Shown here piece after piece: positions 53,760-64,000 of a DNA stretch of 64,000 nt. The notes beneath the pieces were generated by a model. That model was not told the origin of the DNA and did not search any database. It saw nothing but the letters and a program-made list of their open reading frames with translations. The translations under genes and the position numbers were made by a program. The stretch is taken from NCBI GenBank assembly GCA_003219175.1, contig QHPU01000057.1:2474-66473 (forward strand). The letters are read 5' to 3'. This DNA comes from Verrucomicrobiota bacterium (GTDB lineage: Bacteria; Verrucomicrobiota; Verrucomicrobiia; Chthoniobacterales; UBA10450). Every line of letters begins with the position of its first letter. The first letter of the stretch is position 1.

Positions 53760-56018
53760 ATGCGAACGCGGGCAGCGATCTTTTTTTGTCTTCTTTTTGC
53801 GGCTGCTCGCAGCAACGCCGTTGATATCGAGACGCCGAAGAACCAGCCGGTCGAGATTACTTCCACGGGCGAGACCCGTTACGAAAACGGAATCGCCTTC
53901 GCCCGCGACAATGTCGCCATTCATGTTGGCGATACCGACATCTACGCCGATTCCGCCCAGTACGATTCGCAACGCCACGAGATCTCCGCTCAGGGCCACG
54001 TGCGCATCTATCGCGAGGATAAACTGTTTATCGCCGAGCACGGCACCTACAATCTCGATACCAAGGAAATCCACGCTGAAACATTCCGTTCTTCATCGGA
54101 TCCGTATTTTGTGAACGGTGAAAAATTTGAGAACTTTTCCGACGGTCATTCAGTGGTCGAGAATGGCGATTTCACGACGGATGATTCGCTCAATCCCGAT
54201 TTTCATTTCCACGCAAACAAAACGCGCATTTACGAGAACGATCGCGTCGTTTTTCAGAACGTAACTTTTTATGTTGGCAAGGTCCCAATCTTCTGGTGGC
54301 CCTATCTGTATCAATCGCTAAACGATGCCTTTAGTTTCAGTATTTCGCCCGCTTATCTGAGTACCTGGGGAGCGTCGCTCTTGGGCCAGGTCACGTTTCC
54401 AATCGGCGATAAAATCAAAGGTCGAGTGAGATTGGATTACAGGGCGCGCCGCGGCGCGGCCATCGGGTTTGATGCGGAGATGCATTACGGTAAAGACGAC
54501 AGCAGCAATCTCAACCTCCGGACGTATTTCATTAACGATCAGAACCCGGATATAAATCAAACGTCGGTACCACGTGGTAATATCGGGAGCGCCCGTTATC
54601 GCGTCACTGTCGAAGACCGCACGAATTTCACGAGCGACATTTACGGAATTGTTGACATCACCAAGCTAAGTGATGCCCATGTCATGGAGGATTTCTACCA
54701 GAGCGAATTTCGCATCAACCCGGTGCCGGATAACGTCGTCGCCATAACTAAAACCGATCCTATCTATACCCTGACTGCGATCGCACGCTTTCAAGCTAAC
54801 GAATTCTTCCAAACAACCGAGCGTCTTCCCGAAGTAGTGCTGGACGTCGCCCGGACTCCCATTTTTGGAGGTCCGATCTTTTACCAGGGCGAAACTGGGA
54901 TTGCGGACCTTCATCGCAATTTCGCGAGCGGCTCCGGGTTTGAAGACTATGAAAGTTGGCGGATCGATACTTTTCACCAACTCCTTTACCCAAACACGTA
55001 TTTTGGCTGGTTGAGCATCGTCCCCCGTGCCGGGTTTCGTGCGACCTACTACAATCAAACACGCGATCTCGGGCAGGTCATATTTCCTTCGAATGACAAC
55101 CCATTCGTCCCCGATTTTCTAGCCATCGGAGATCCGAGCAAAAATCCGGATCTCGGCCAACCACTCAATCTTAATGGCGACAAAACGCGCACTGTTTTCA
55201 ACGCTGGAGTGGAAGCATCGTTCAAAGTTTCCCGTGCCTGGGAGGAGGTCCAGAGCAGCGCGCTTGGTCTGGATGGATTGCGCCACGTTATTCAGCCGTT
55301 CAGCAATTTTTCATGGGTTTCCAATTCCGGCATTGATCCAGCGGCGATTTTACAATTCGATCGCCTCGAACCAACCACCAAATTACGCCCAATCGATTTC
55401 CCGGAGTTCACTTCCATCGATTCGATTGATCACTGGACGATCTGGCGCCTCGGCGTCCGCAACCGGCTGGAAACGAGGCGGGACGACGGCAACATTACCT
55501 GGTTCGAACTTGACACTTACTTCGACGTCAACTTCGACAATCCCTACGATCGCACGCCATACTCGAACCTTTTCAACACAGTTCGTTTCAATCCGCTGCC
55601 GTGGGCCTCGTTATCCGTCGATTCCCAGGTGCCGGCGTTCGATAAGGGGTTCACCGAAGTCAATACCAATGTGACGGTCCAGCCGATCTCCAACCTGCAG
55701 CTGAACTTTGGGCATCGCTATCTCAACAACAATCCATTCTTCATCAACAGCAGCTTGTTTACTTTCGGCGGATATTATCGGATTAACGACAATTGGGGAA
55801 TAGCAGTGTCGGAACAATACGAGGCGACCAGCGGGATACTCGAGCAACAGCGCTACGCTGTTTACCGCGATCTCTCCAGTTGGGTGGCTTCGATCGGCGC
55901 GATCGTCCGTAATAATAACGGTGTCAACCAATATGGAGTGCTCCTTACCTTCACCTTGAAGGCGTTTCCCAAATTCGGGTTCGACCTGAATTTCGACCCC
56001 GGTGGCGCCGGACAATAA
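53760..56018 (+). CDS. lptD: LPS-assembly outer-membrane protein LptD (OstA family)
   Basis: Signal peptide MRTRAAIFFCLLFAAARSNA, the OstA-like N-domain (DIYADSAQYDSQRHEISAQGHVRIY..AEHGTYNLDTKE), and a large beta-barrel. Confidence 0.75.
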   Translation: MRTRAAIFFCLLFAAARSNAVDIETPKNQPVEITSTGETRYENGIAFARDNVAIHVGDTDIYADSAQYDSQRHEISAQGHVRIYREDKLFIAEHGTYNLDTKEIHAETFRSSSDPYFVNGEKFENFSDGHSVVENGDFTTDDSLNPDFHFHANKTRIYENDRVVFQNVTFYVGKVPIFWWPYLYQSLNDAFSFSISPAYLSTWGASLLGQVTFPIGDKIKGRVRLDYRARRGAAIGFDAEMHYGKDDSSNLNLRTYFINDQNPDINQTSVPRGNIGSARYRVTVEDRTNFTSDIYGIVDITKLSDAHVMEDFYQSEFRINPVPDNVVAITKTDPIYTLTAIARFQANEFFQTTERLPEVVLDVARTPIFGGPIFYQGETGIADLHRNFASGSGFEDYESWRIDTFHQLLYPNTYFGWLSIVPRAGFRATYYNQTRDLGQVIFPSNDNPFVPDFLAIGDPSKNPDLGQPLNLNGDKTRTVFNAGVEASFKVSRAWEEVQSSALGLDGLRHVIQPFSNFSWVSNSGIDPAAILQFDRLEPTTKLRPIDFPEFTSIDSIDHWTIWRLGVRNRLETRRDDGNITWFELDTYFDVNFDNPYDRTPYSNLFNTVRFNPLPWASLSVDSQVPAFDKGFTEVNTNVTVQPISNLQLNFGHRYLNNNPFFINSSLFTFGGYYRINDNWGIAVSEQYEATSGILEQQRYAVYRDLSSWVASIGAIVRNNNGVNQYGVLLTFTLKAFPKFGFDLNFDPGGAGQ

Positions 56019-56075
56019 TTAATCGCACGAAGGTAGAAATCAGGTAGCATTCCCGCCACTTCGCCAGGTTTTGAC

Positions 56076-57389
56076 ATGAACTTATCGATTATCGGCTCGG
56101 GGTATGTCGGTCTCGTGACGGGCGCGTGCTTTGCTGATGTCGGCCACAACGTTGTCTGCGTCGATAATGATGCGCGCAAGGTCGAAACGCTGTGTGCGGG
56201 CCGTGTTCCGATCTACGAGCCAGGGCTGGAAGAATTAATTCATCGTAATGTGGCCGCGCACCGACTCCGTTTCACCGAAAGCACAAAGGAAGGCGTCGAC
56301 AACTCGCAGATTGTTTTCATTGCCGTACCAACTCCGCCTCAAGCCGATGGCAGCGTGGATCTAAGCTTTATCGAAAAAGTCGCACGTGAAATTGCTAGTG
56401 TTCTCACTGATTACCGGGTGATCGTCGATAAAAGCACCGTGCCGGTGAAAACTGGCGAAAAAGTCGCGGAATCGATCAGGCGTTACAATCGGCATGGCGC
56501 AAAGTTCGATGTTGTCAGCAATCCAGAATTTCTGCGCGAAGGCTGCGCCGTTCACGATTTGATGCATCCCGACCGGATCGTCATCGGCGCGCAAAGCGAA
56601 CATGCGGTCGATTTGATGAAAAAAGTCTACGAGCCGTTCATGGCGCCGATTCTTGTTACCGATATCAACAGTGCGGAGTTAATAAAACACGCGGCCAATT
56701 CGTTTCTGGCGCTGAAAATCTCTTATATCAACGCCGTCTCCGCCATTTGCGAAGCCAGCGGCGCTGACATCGGAAAAGTTGCTGACGGCATTGGGATGGA
56801 TCGACGCATTGGCCGCAATTTTCTTAACGCCGGGATCGGTTACGGCGGGTCGTGTTTTCCGAAGGACGTCGCCGCCTTCATCACGATTAGCGAACAACTT
56901 GGTGTTCCCTTTTCGCTTTTGAAAGAAGTGCAGCAGATCAATGCCGCACAGAAGGAGCGATTTCTGAAGTCAATTCGCGACATGCTCTGGGTTTTGCGCG
57001 AGAAAAGGATCGCGGTCTGGGGACTAACGTTCAAACCGGATACCGACGATATCCGTTCCTCGGTCGCAATTGATCTGGTGGCCGAGATGTTGCGCGAGGG
57101 GGCGCAGGTTTCGGTTTACGATCCCAAAGGGATGGAGCGGGCCCGCGAGGTCGCCGAAATCAAGGCAGCTCGCTTTTGCGAGAGCGCGCTCAAAGCCGTC
57201 GACGGTGCCGAGGCGCTCGTCATTGCGACGGAATGGGAGGAATTTGCCAACGTCGATCTGGCTGTTGTGAAAGGGAAAATGACTACCCCGATTGTTTTCG
57301 ATGGACGCAATTTGTTTGATCCATCGACGATGGCGAAGGTGGGGTTCCGCTACTATTCCATCGGGCGCAAGCCGGTTGCACCACAGTGA
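56076..57389 (+). CDS. ugd: UDP-glucose 6-dehydrogenase
   Basis: IIGSGYVGLVTGACFA, NPEFLREG and GGSCFPKD (catalytic Cys). Confidence 0.9.
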   Translation: MNLSIIGSGYVGLVTGACFADVGHNVVCVDNDARKVETLCAGRVPIYEPGLEELIHRNVAAHRLRFTESTKEGVDNSQIVFIAVPTPPQADGSVDLSFIEKVAREIASVLTDYRVIVDKSTVPVKTGEKVAESIRRYNRHGAKFDVVSNPEFLREGCAVHDLMHPDRIVIGAQSEHAVDLMKKVYEPFMAPILVTDINSAELIKHAANSFLALKISYINAVSAICEASGADIGKVADGIGMDRRIGRNFLNAGIGYGGSCFPKDVAAFITISEQLGVPFSLLKEVQQINAAQKERFLKSIRDMLWVLREKRIAVWGLTFKPDTDDIRSSVAIDLVAEMLREGAQVSVYDPKGMERAREVAEIKAARFCESALKAVDGAEALVIATEWEEFANVDLAVVKGKMTTPIVFDGRNLFDPSTMAKVGFRYYSIGRKPVAPQ

Positions 57390-57463
57390 TTGGCTGTTTC
57401 AGGCAGCAAAGAATTCATTTCTATGGGTTGCATGCCACGACGGGGATGGAATCATAGCGATCT

Positions 57464-58582
57464 ATGCGCGACGCCCGTGTCGATAAACTAGCCGAGCTCC
57501 TGACCGGTTATTCCACCGAACTAAAACGCAACCAAAAGGTGTTGATCGAGGCGTTTGACGCGCCGGACGAGATGACGATTGCCCTGGTGCGGGCGGCGCG
57601 AAACCGGGGTGCAATCCCGTTTGTCCAGCTGCAACGGGCACCGATTAGCCGGGAGCTTGCGCTTTATGCCACCGAACTGCAGTTGAATCTGCTGGCGCGT
57701 CACGAATTGGCACGAATGAAACAGATGGACGCCTACATCGCGGTGCGCGGCAGTCACAATATTACCGAGCAGGCAGATGTCCCTACCGATAAAATGAAAC
57801 TGGTGGCGAAAAAGATGCGACCAGTCCAAAACCAGCGGGTTGAAAAAACAAAATGGGTCGTGCTGCGGTGGCCGACACCGGCCATGGCCCAACTCGCGAA
57901 CATGAGCACAGAAGCTTTTGAAGATTTTTTCTTCGAGGTTTGTACGCTCGATTACCGCAAGCTTCGGTCGGGCATGAACGCTCTCAAAAAATTAATGGAG
58001 CGAACCGATAAGGTAAAGATCGTTGGCCCGGGCACGGATTTGCGATTTAGCATCAAAAAGATTCCGGCTGTGATCTGTGGCGGAGATCGCAATATTCCCG
58101 ACGGCGAAGTCTTTACCGCTCCGGTCCGTGATTCGGTTAATGGTGTCGTTAGCTTCAACGCGCCGACGATTTATCAGGGCACAAGTTTCGATAATATCCG
58201 CCTCGAATTCGAGAAGGGGAAAGTTGTGAAAGCGACGAGCAACCAAACTAAGAAGCTAAACGACATTCTCGACGCCGACGTCGGTGCTCGCTATGTCGGT
58301 GAATTTTCCCTTGGATTTAATCCTCACATTTTACATCCGATGCGCGACATTTTGTTCGATGAAAAGATTGCGGGCTCCTTCCATTTTACCCCAGGACAGG
58401 CTTACGAGACGGCGGACAATGGAAACCGCAGCCAGGTGCATTGGGACATGGTCAGCATTCAGCGCCGCGAATATGGTGGCGGCGAGATTTACTTCGATGG
58501 CAAACTCATTCGCAAGAACGGCGAATTTGTGGTTTCCTCCCTGCAATCCTTGAATCGCGAAAGATTGCTTAAGCGGAAATAA
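57464..58582 (+). CDS. M29-family aminopeptidase (AmpS/PepS-like)
   Basis: [31 protein letters not shown] and HFTPGQAY. The family call is from memory. Confidence 0.65.
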   Translation: MRDARVDKLAELLTGYSTELKRNQKVLIEAFDAPDEMTIALVRAARNRGAIPFVQLQRAPISRELALYATELQLNLLARHELARMKQMDAYIAVRGSHNITEQADVPTDKMKLVAKKMRPVQNQRVEKTKWVVLRWPTPAMAQLANMSTEAFEDFFFEVCTLDYRKLRSGMNALKKLMERTDKVKIVGPGTDLRFSIKKIPAVICGGDRNIPDGEVFTAPVRDSVNGVVSFNAPTIYQGTSFDNIRLEFEKGKVVKATSNQTKKLNDILDADVGARYVGEFSLGFNPHILHPMRDILFDEKIAGSFHFTPGQAYETADNGNRSQVHWDMVSIQRREYGGGEIYFDGKLIRKNGEFVVSSLQSLNRERLLKRK

Positions 58583-58612
58583 AAAAAACTGCGCGGAAGT
58601 TCTCCCGCGCGG
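58583..58612. terminator. hairpin with flanking A/T-run between convergent genes
   Basis: aaaaaaaactGCGCGGaagttctcCCGCGCgg. Read on the minus strand, the stem is followed by a T-run, which fits termination of the 58640..62176 gene. Confidence 0.6.
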
Positions 58613-58639
58613 TTGCAAATTCTGCTCGGTCTACGATCG

Positions 58640-61600
58640 CTATGCGCGTTTGGCACCCGCCGGATTCAATTGCAGCATCGCAATCTCACCATTGCTCGCC
58701 ATCTGCACATTCGCGATTTCGAAAATTGGTGCGTTCTCGGCGGAAGTCGCCCCGGCGCCAGGCAATTGCACGGCCACCGTCTTAGATGTCGAATTCAGGA
58801 GGATGGCAGCGATTTCAAAGGTGGGAGAAAATTCCACGCTCGTAATCTGGAAGGCAGCGGTCAGATCGACAGATGCCTGGGTCTGATGCGACGGCGTCAA
58901 TTGCAGCGGCGCCGCCTCGAATCCCGAGACCAGTTGCAGTCCGGAAATATTAAGTGAGGACGATGCGAGGGTCGCAGGTTTTTGTTGCTGCGATGGAATC
59001 AACCGCATCTGGCCGAGGCTGCCTTGCGCCGCCTGCATGTTCGAAATCTCGAAGTTGACCTGCAAATTCATCGCCCCGTGTTGCTGCGGCAAAGAGGCCA
59101 GGCGCATCGTGACAACCTTCGAGATAGGCCGCAATTGCAGCGCACCCATTTTGAAGGTGGGCGTCAATTGCATCGAAGCGATTTCGCAAGAGAGCGTGAT
59201 TTGGACAGCCGGATGCATGCTGCCAGCGGCTGCTTGAGGTGCGGGCGCGGTCTGTGCGGGCTGCGTTGGACCTCCCGAGGTTCGAATAACGGGAGCCGTT
59301 GGTGTCTGGAGTGTTTCAGGCATGGTTTCGATTGTTGTTGGTTGTGAAGCTAAATCTTCTACGGCCGCTGGTGGCTGAGTTTCCGGCACTTCCGGCAACG
59401 TGCTAATACCAGCAATGGCACGGCTAACACCAGCGATTTCGGCGACAGTGGCAACTTCCGGCTCCTCTGCCCACGTGATCGCAGCCGGTTGTTCAGGGAT
59501 AACGACGGTTTGATAGGGAACCGGTTGGCCCTGCTCGACAGGCTCTGGTTCTGGCGACCACTCTTGCTCTTTTCCCTCGATCTCGGTGGACGCAGTCGCC
59601 TTTGCTATCGCGGTCTCCCACGGCTCCGATTCGAGGATACTCATTTCTGCCTCAATTGGCTCTGATACTGCCTCAGTTGGCTCTGATACCGCCTCAATTG
59701 GCTCGGATACTGACTCGATTGGTTCAGCGGCTTGCGTCTCTTCGGCTACTGCCATTGCCGCCACCGGCTCTACTTCCGGTTCAAGCTCGGGCTCTGCCAC
59801 AACCGGCTCGCTCACCTGTTCGACGAAGAACGGCGGAGATACAGGAAATTCGGGCGGAACCTCAGTCTCACCGTTTGTCGGCACCTGTTCGATGACAGGT
59901 CCCACGGATGATTCTTCGAAATCGACGTAGGCAGGCTCGACGGTGCGACCGCCAATGGCCGCCGTTTCTGGCTCAACCGCCCGTTTTGCCACCGGGATCA
60001 CTGTGCGCCGGAGGGAGGCTTCAGAAGCTTTTAGTTCAACCGACACCTGACGCGGCCCACCGACGAAACGCTTTTGAGTTTGCAACTGTGGGGCCTCTTC
60101 TTCAGCTGCATGATCGTCGTGCAGTGATGGGCCGGTAACCGTCGCAGGACGATGTCCGATTGTCGTTCTGCCAATCAATCGACGAGCTTCCATCACTAGC
60201 CACGCCCCTCCCGAAATAATCGCTCCAAGGATAAAGAGCCAAAACACCAATGGCCGTTGTCCAGTGAATGAGCTAATTCGCTCGCCAAATGAAGGCGACG
60301 GCGTGAATCGGGCGACTTTTTCCGGCGCCAAGGCGGTCGCGGGCGTTGCGCTGCTGGCGGTAACTTCTACAGGCGTCGCTGACGGACTTGGTTGAAGTGC
60401 GACGGCAACTTCAGGTGCAGGCGTCGCGGGTACTACTTGAGGTGTTGAAGCCGCGCTAGGAGCCGCGACAACCGAAACCTCGGGCGCTGGAGTTGCAAGC
60501 ACCGGCGCTGGCGTCGCAGTAAAGGATGCCAAAGCTGGCGCTGGAGCTGGGGTTGCGTTCGGCGTAGCCGACTCGACAGAAATGCCGGACGCTTGTGGCG
60601 CAGCCGGGAGATCCCCCGGTTGGGCCGAGGAACCAGTCGCTTGTGCATTCGAGACGACCACCTCCGCTGGCGTTGCATTCACAACCGCTTCGCTGGCTTT
60701 GGCCGCAGGCGACGGTGCCGGCGTCTGCGCCATTGCCAATTGCGTTGCCTCCTCAGCTTTTACTTCCGAGCCCGGGATCGGACTCGGCTCGATCGCAGGC
60801 CCCGATGGTTCGGTCTGAGTGGAGGCGATCGCAGCCGCACTCGGAGCCGGCGAGGAAATCGCGGCTGCGCTCTTCAACCAACTCAAATCATAAAATCCCG
60901 CTGCGTAGAGATCGTTCGATGCCAAGGGATAGATCTTTCGCGCCGATGTTATCCAATCGTTCGCCTTTTCCGGATTATTGTGTTGGAACTCCCACGCCGC
61001 CTGCGCGTAATAAAGCGACGGCGTCTCACCGCTGAACTGGAATTGCTCCATCAGTTTCTGAGCGTGGTTATCCTTTCCTTCCAGCAGGTAGGTGAGAAAG
61101 ATCTTGAAGTTGATCAGTTGCGCGGCGTGGTTCTTGTCTCCACCGGGAGTTTGGTTCAATAACGCCTGAAAGCGATCGCGCGCCGTGGCGTAATCCTTAT
61201 TTCGGAAAGGAACATCGGCCAGGTTGAATTGGGCCTCGCGAAATTTCGGGTCGCGTTTCAACGCGTCTTTAAAGAAAGTTTCAGCTTCGCCGTACTTTTG
61301 TTGCTCCAGCAGGATTTCGCCGCGCAGGTTCAAGATTTGCGGCTGGTTTGGATCGGTGTTGTCGGCCTCGGCGGCTAATTTCAAAGCGGACTCAAAATCA
61401 CGCTGCTCATAAGCTTGCAGCGCCTGCTCGAATTGTGTCTTGGCCAGTGCTTTCGCCTTGCTCGTGCGTTCCTCGGGCGAGAGCAATTGCACAGCCGGCC
61501 GCTGTTGTCCCGGCTGCTTTTGCAACCAGCCAATTTCATATAGCGATTCGGCAAAGAGCTTGTTTAATTGCGGCGAGAAATTCTTTTCCGCTGACGCCAT

Positions 61601-62176
61601 CCAGTTCTTGGCATCGGGAATTTTCTGATTTTGCAGCGAAATCGCCGCATTGGAGTAGTGAACCGCGGGCGTATCGGGCGACAACTCAAATTTCGCCAGA
61701 ATCGAATCGACCATGGTGTCGTTTCCCTCCAGCAAATAAGTCAGCAAAATCTTGTATTGAATCAGCTGCGTTGCTTCGCCTTGCAGGTCTGCCGCATTGG
61801 TCGTGAGTAAATCCTGAAAACGTTTCCGCGCTTCCGACCAATCCTTTTTTAGAAACGGAATCTCTGCCAGATTGAAACGGGCATTCCAAAATTTCGGGTC
61901 AAGGTTGTTTGCTTCCGACAATGCGGCTTCCGCTTTGTCGTAGATGCCCTGGCGCATGTAGATGACGCCGCGCAAATTTTGCGAGGCCGCCAGATCAGGT
62001 TTCCGTGCGTCAATCGCATCCAATTCCTTTAACGCCTGCACATAGTTGGCAGAGTCAAACGCGCGATACGCTCTGTCGTACATTGCTTCGAGCTCCGAAT
62101 TCGAAGGCGCGACATCGTTCGCGGCGAGGGTCCCAAAAACGAGCAATGAAATCCCAACAAGTTTTCGAATCTTCAT
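58640..62176 (-). CDS. large type-I membrane protein: signal peptide, TPR region, P/A/T linker, TM helix, acidic repeats, C-terminal 5x repeat-motif domain
   Basis: MKIRKLVGISLLVFGTLAAND, then about 450 aa of TPR-like sequence and about 200 aa of P/A/T-rich sequence. The TM helix is PLVFWLFILGAIISGGAWLVM followed by RRLIGR. After that come the (EPIEAVS)n acidic repeats. The last ~190 aa hold five FEIxxxQ..G..xLQLxP-type motifs. Start chosen at the internal Met (62176). Confidence 0.7.
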   Translation of the reverse strand: MKIRKLVGISLLVFGTLAANDVAPSNSELEAMYDRAYRAFDSANYVQALKELDAIDARKPDLAASQNLRGVIYMRQGIYDKAEAALSEANNLDPKFWNARFNLAEIPFLKKDWSEARKRFQDLLTTNAADLQGEATQLIQYKILLTYLLEGNDTMVDSILAKFELSPDTPAVHYSNAAISLQNQKIPDAKNWMASAEKNFSPQLNKLFAESLYEIGWLQKQPGQQRPAVQLLSPEERTSKAKALAKTQFEQALQAYEQRDFESALKLAAEADNTDPNQPQILNLRGEILLEQQKYGEAETFFKDALKRDPKFREAQFNLADVPFRNKDYATARDRFQALLNQTPGGDKNHAAQLINFKIFLTYLLEGKDNHAQKLMEQFQFSGETPSLYYAQAAWEFQHNNPEKANDWITSARKIYPLASNDLYAAGFYDLSWLKSAAAISSPAPSAAAIASTQTEPSGPAIEPSPIPGSEVKAEEATQLAMAQTPAPSPAAKASEAVVNATPAEVVVSNAQATGSSAQPGDLPAAPQASGISVESATPNATPAPAPALASFTATPAPVLATPAPEVSVVAAPSAASTPQVVPATPAPEVAVALQPSPSATPVEVTASSATPATALAPEKVARFTPSPSFGERISSFTGQRPLVFWLFILGAIISGGAWLVMEARRLIGRTTIGHRPATVTGPSLHDDHAAEEEAPQLQTQKRFVGGPRQVSVELKASEASLRRTVIPVAKRAVEPETAAIGGRTVEPAYVDFEESSVGPVIEQVPTNGETEVPPEFPVSPPFFVEQVSEPVVAEPELEPEVEPVAAMAVAEETQAAEPIESVSEPIEAVSEPTEAVSEPIEAEMSILESEPWETAIAKATASTEIEGKEQEWSPEPEPVEQGQPVPYQTVVIPEQPAAITWAEEPEVATVAEIAGVSRAIAGISTLPEVPETQPPAAVEDLASQPTTIETMPETLQTPTAPVIRTSGGPTQPAQTAPAPQAAAGSMHPAVQITLSCEIASMQLTPTFKMGALQLRPISKVVTMRLASLPQQHGAMNLQVNFEISNMQAAQGSLGQMRLIPSQQQKPATLASSSLNISGLQLVSGFEAAPLQLTPSHQTQASVDLTAAFQITSVEFSPTFEIAAILLNSTSKTVAVQLPGAGATSAENAPIFEIANVQMASNGEIAMLQLNPAGAKRA
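59650..59733 (-). repeat. about 4 tandem 21-nt repeats encoding (SEPIEAV)n
   Basis: gcctcaattggctctgatact / gcctcagttggctctgatacc / gcctcaattggctcggatact / gactcgattggttcagcggct. Confidence 0.8.
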
Positions 62177-62498
62177 GCTGGGCAGAATAGAACTATCAGT
62201 GGGGGACAGTGACAAGTTATTTCTACCGATTCCGGAAACAAATTTTTCAAGGCCAAACCAGGCAAATCCGCTCGGCCACTGGCAAATTCGGCGTTCTTCG
62301 CAACCGACTAAGGTAGGTTTCTCGCTTAAAGTTGGTTTGGGCAACACCAGCGTAACCGTCGCATGGCGAGCTTTAGACCTGGCAGACCGGAGCGAGTCAT
62401 CCGGTCGTGGAAGATTTTGATATGTCCGTGCGAGCGGAACCGGCCGGTTGCGTCAACGCACCAGCGACGATCTTTGTACATTGACCCAATCGTCCTGG

Positions 62499-64000
62499 CT
62501 ATTTGACTCCAATACGCATCCGGTAGGTTGAAAGATCGGCTTCGAGCGCTTCCGCCAAGGCGGCATCAGCCTGTCCTCGCGCTAATTTTACCCCCTGTTC
62601 CGCGACATCCAGTGCTTCAGTAAGCCTGCCATTCGCAGCATAAGCGGCAGCGATGGTGCGAAGTACTTTGGGATTATTATTTCCGACGAGTTCTTGCAGT
62701 CGCTGTGCAAGTGGCAACGCTCTCACCCGCTTTTCTGACCCGGTCCCTACTGGCATGGCCAGAATCCAGGTAAGATTGTTAAGCGCATCAATATTATCGG
62801 GCTGAACGCGAATAGCCTCCTCCAATTCAGAAATCGCTCGATCGATTTCACCTTTTTGACTAAGAATCGTTGCAAGATTGTTGCGGGCCTCTACCAGGCG
62901 TGGGGACAGTTTCAACGCTTGTTCGTACTGCTTGATGGCCTTTTCTGGATTGCCTCGCTCTAGGTAGCAATTCCCCAAGCCGTAATATGCTTCCGCATAG
63001 TCAGGTCGCAGCTCAATCGTCCTTTCGTATTGTGCCATTGCTTGATTTAACCGTCCTTGATTGAGAAGGGCGATTGCCAGGTTGCATCGCGCTTGAGCGT
63101 GGTCGGGTTGAAGCGCCAGTTGGCGTTCAAACTCCTTGATTGCGTCATCGGTCTGCCCTTTTTGCAGGAGCGCGTTTCCCAAACTGTAGTGCGCGGTTGG
63201 ATGGTTCGGGAGGATCTGAATTGCAGCGTTCAGATGGTCCACGGCTTCATCAAGCTGACCCATTTTAGTGAGAACAAGGCCGATGTCGTTGTGAGCGTAA
63301 GGAGAACCCGGCCGGAGATAGAGGGCCGCGCGAAACTCAGCCAGTGCTTCGTTGACTTCACCGCGCTCAAAGTAGACGTCGCCCAGACCATAATGAGGGA
63401 AATCGTTATCCTTGGTCACCGCCAGACTGTGCTTCCAAAGTGCTTCACTATCGTGCCAGTAACGCACCTGAGTACGAGCGAGCCACGTTAGGCTCACCAG
63501 AAGAATCGCGGCAGCCGCAGTTAATATTCGATTGCCCGCTCGCCGCCACGCAATCAGATCAGCCGCGCTCCAGCTCACCAGAATGTACAATCCAATCTGC
63601 GGAAGATAAGTATAACGGTCGGCATGCGCCTGGAGACCGACCTGGACAATGCCGATAACGGGTCCCAACATTACCAGATACCAGCACCAGCCGGTAAACA
63701 CATAAGGCCACCGTCTTTTCCAAAGAATGACGGCACTGCTGATGCCGATGATTGCGACGCTGGCGAGCAGAATTTGCCAGGCCGGCAACTGATCTTCGGG
63801 ATGAGGATAAAAGGGGGCGAGGCGTAGTGGCCAGACCATTTGCCTGATGTAGATCATGCAGGCATCTGCGGCGTTTTCTAGCCGCCAAGCGAGCGGGATG
63901 TGGCCGATTGAGACGGTGGTTGATCGCTGCGCGAACAAAGTCACGAGACACGACAGGCCAGCGAGCCCAATTAGTGGGAGCTTCTCGATGAACAATCGAC
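62499..64000 (-). CDS. membrane protein with C-terminal TPR domain (PMT/TMTC-like architecture); N-terminus beyond the right window edge
   Basis: About 5 TM helices (e.g. WQILLASVAIIGISSAVILW, YVFTGWCWYLVMLGPVIGIV) are followed by about 9 canonical TPRs (AEAYYGLGNCYLERGNPEKAIKQYEQALKLSP..). The frame is open to position 64000. Confidence 0.7.
   Translation of the reverse strand, partial: RLFIEKLPLIGLAGLSCLVTLFAQRSTTVSIGHIPLAWRLENAADACMIYIRQMVWPLRLAPFYPHPEDQLPAWQILLASVAIIGISSAVILWKRRWPYVFTGWCWYLVMLGPVIGIVQVGLQAHADRYTYLPQIGLYILVSWSAADLIAWRRAGNRILTAAAAILLVSLTWLARTQVRYWHDSEALWKHSLAVTKDNDFPHYGLGDVYFERGEVNEALAEFRAALYLRPGSPYAHNDIGLVLTKMGQLDEAVDHLNAAIQILPNHPTAHYSLGNALLQKGQTDDAIKEFERQLALQPDHAQARCNLAIALLNQGRLNQAMAQYERTIELRPDYAEAYYGLGNCYLERGNPEKAIKQYEQALKLSPRLVEARNNLATILSQKGEIDRAISELEEAIRVQPDNIDALNNLTWILAMPVGTGSEKRVRALPLAQRLQELVGNNNPKVLRTIAAAYAANGRLTEALDVAEQGVKLARGQADAALAEALEADLSTYRMRIGVK

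Overview
This is a 64-kb chromosomal segment of a moderately GC-rich Gram-negative bacterium. By inference it best fits Verrucomicrobia/PVC: three TGTTC-N4-GAACA LexA operators, LptD/LptFG, ExbBD, GlgE and many TPR proteins. I call about 58 protein-coding genes, 5 tRNAs (His-GTG, Arg-TCG, Lys-TTT, Gly-TCC, Tyr-GTA), no rRNA, no CRISPR array, and no integrase, transposase or phage genes. Most content is housekeeping: deoC plus an aldehyde dehydrogenase, nadC, trpD, moaE, gnd, dus, lptF/G, lptD, ugd, parB, ygfZ, glgE and exbBD. Seven gene junctions share 4-nt start/stop overlaps (six ATGA, one GTGA), which suggests translational coupling. Two edge genes (1..2238 minus and 62499..64000 minus) run off the window. 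The first is missing from the ORF track and I translated it by hand.

The most unusual feature is the SOS mutagenesis cassette, which is split and degraded.
- lexA-imuA-imuB(N-terminal fragment) lies on the + strand at 32.3-34.2 kb.
- imuB(C-terminal fragment)-dnaE2 lies on the - strand at 26.7-22.4 kb. The fragment has its own ATG and its own consensus LexA operator inside a 28-bp palindrome.
- dnaE2 carries a ~31-aa deletion with a frameshift, plus an in-frame ~128-bp inverted-repeat (MITE-like) insertion.
- Arrays of a degenerate 8-nt unit (GTTGAAGC) sit downstream of dnaE2, fill the imuB-dnaE2 spacer, and sit just upstream of the lexA operator.

Other points:
- birA and pgsA also look internally deleted and frameshifted.
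- An 81-nt heptamer-repeat block is inserted in frame in an MqnA/MqnD-family gene.
- There is an active ketosynthase followed by a triad-less ketosynthase.
- A 1178-aa TPR-TM protein has five copies of a C-terminal motif I do not recognise.

All functional calls come from motif recognition by eye; no database search was run. tRNA and repeat coordinates were counted by hand and may be off by 1-2 nt.
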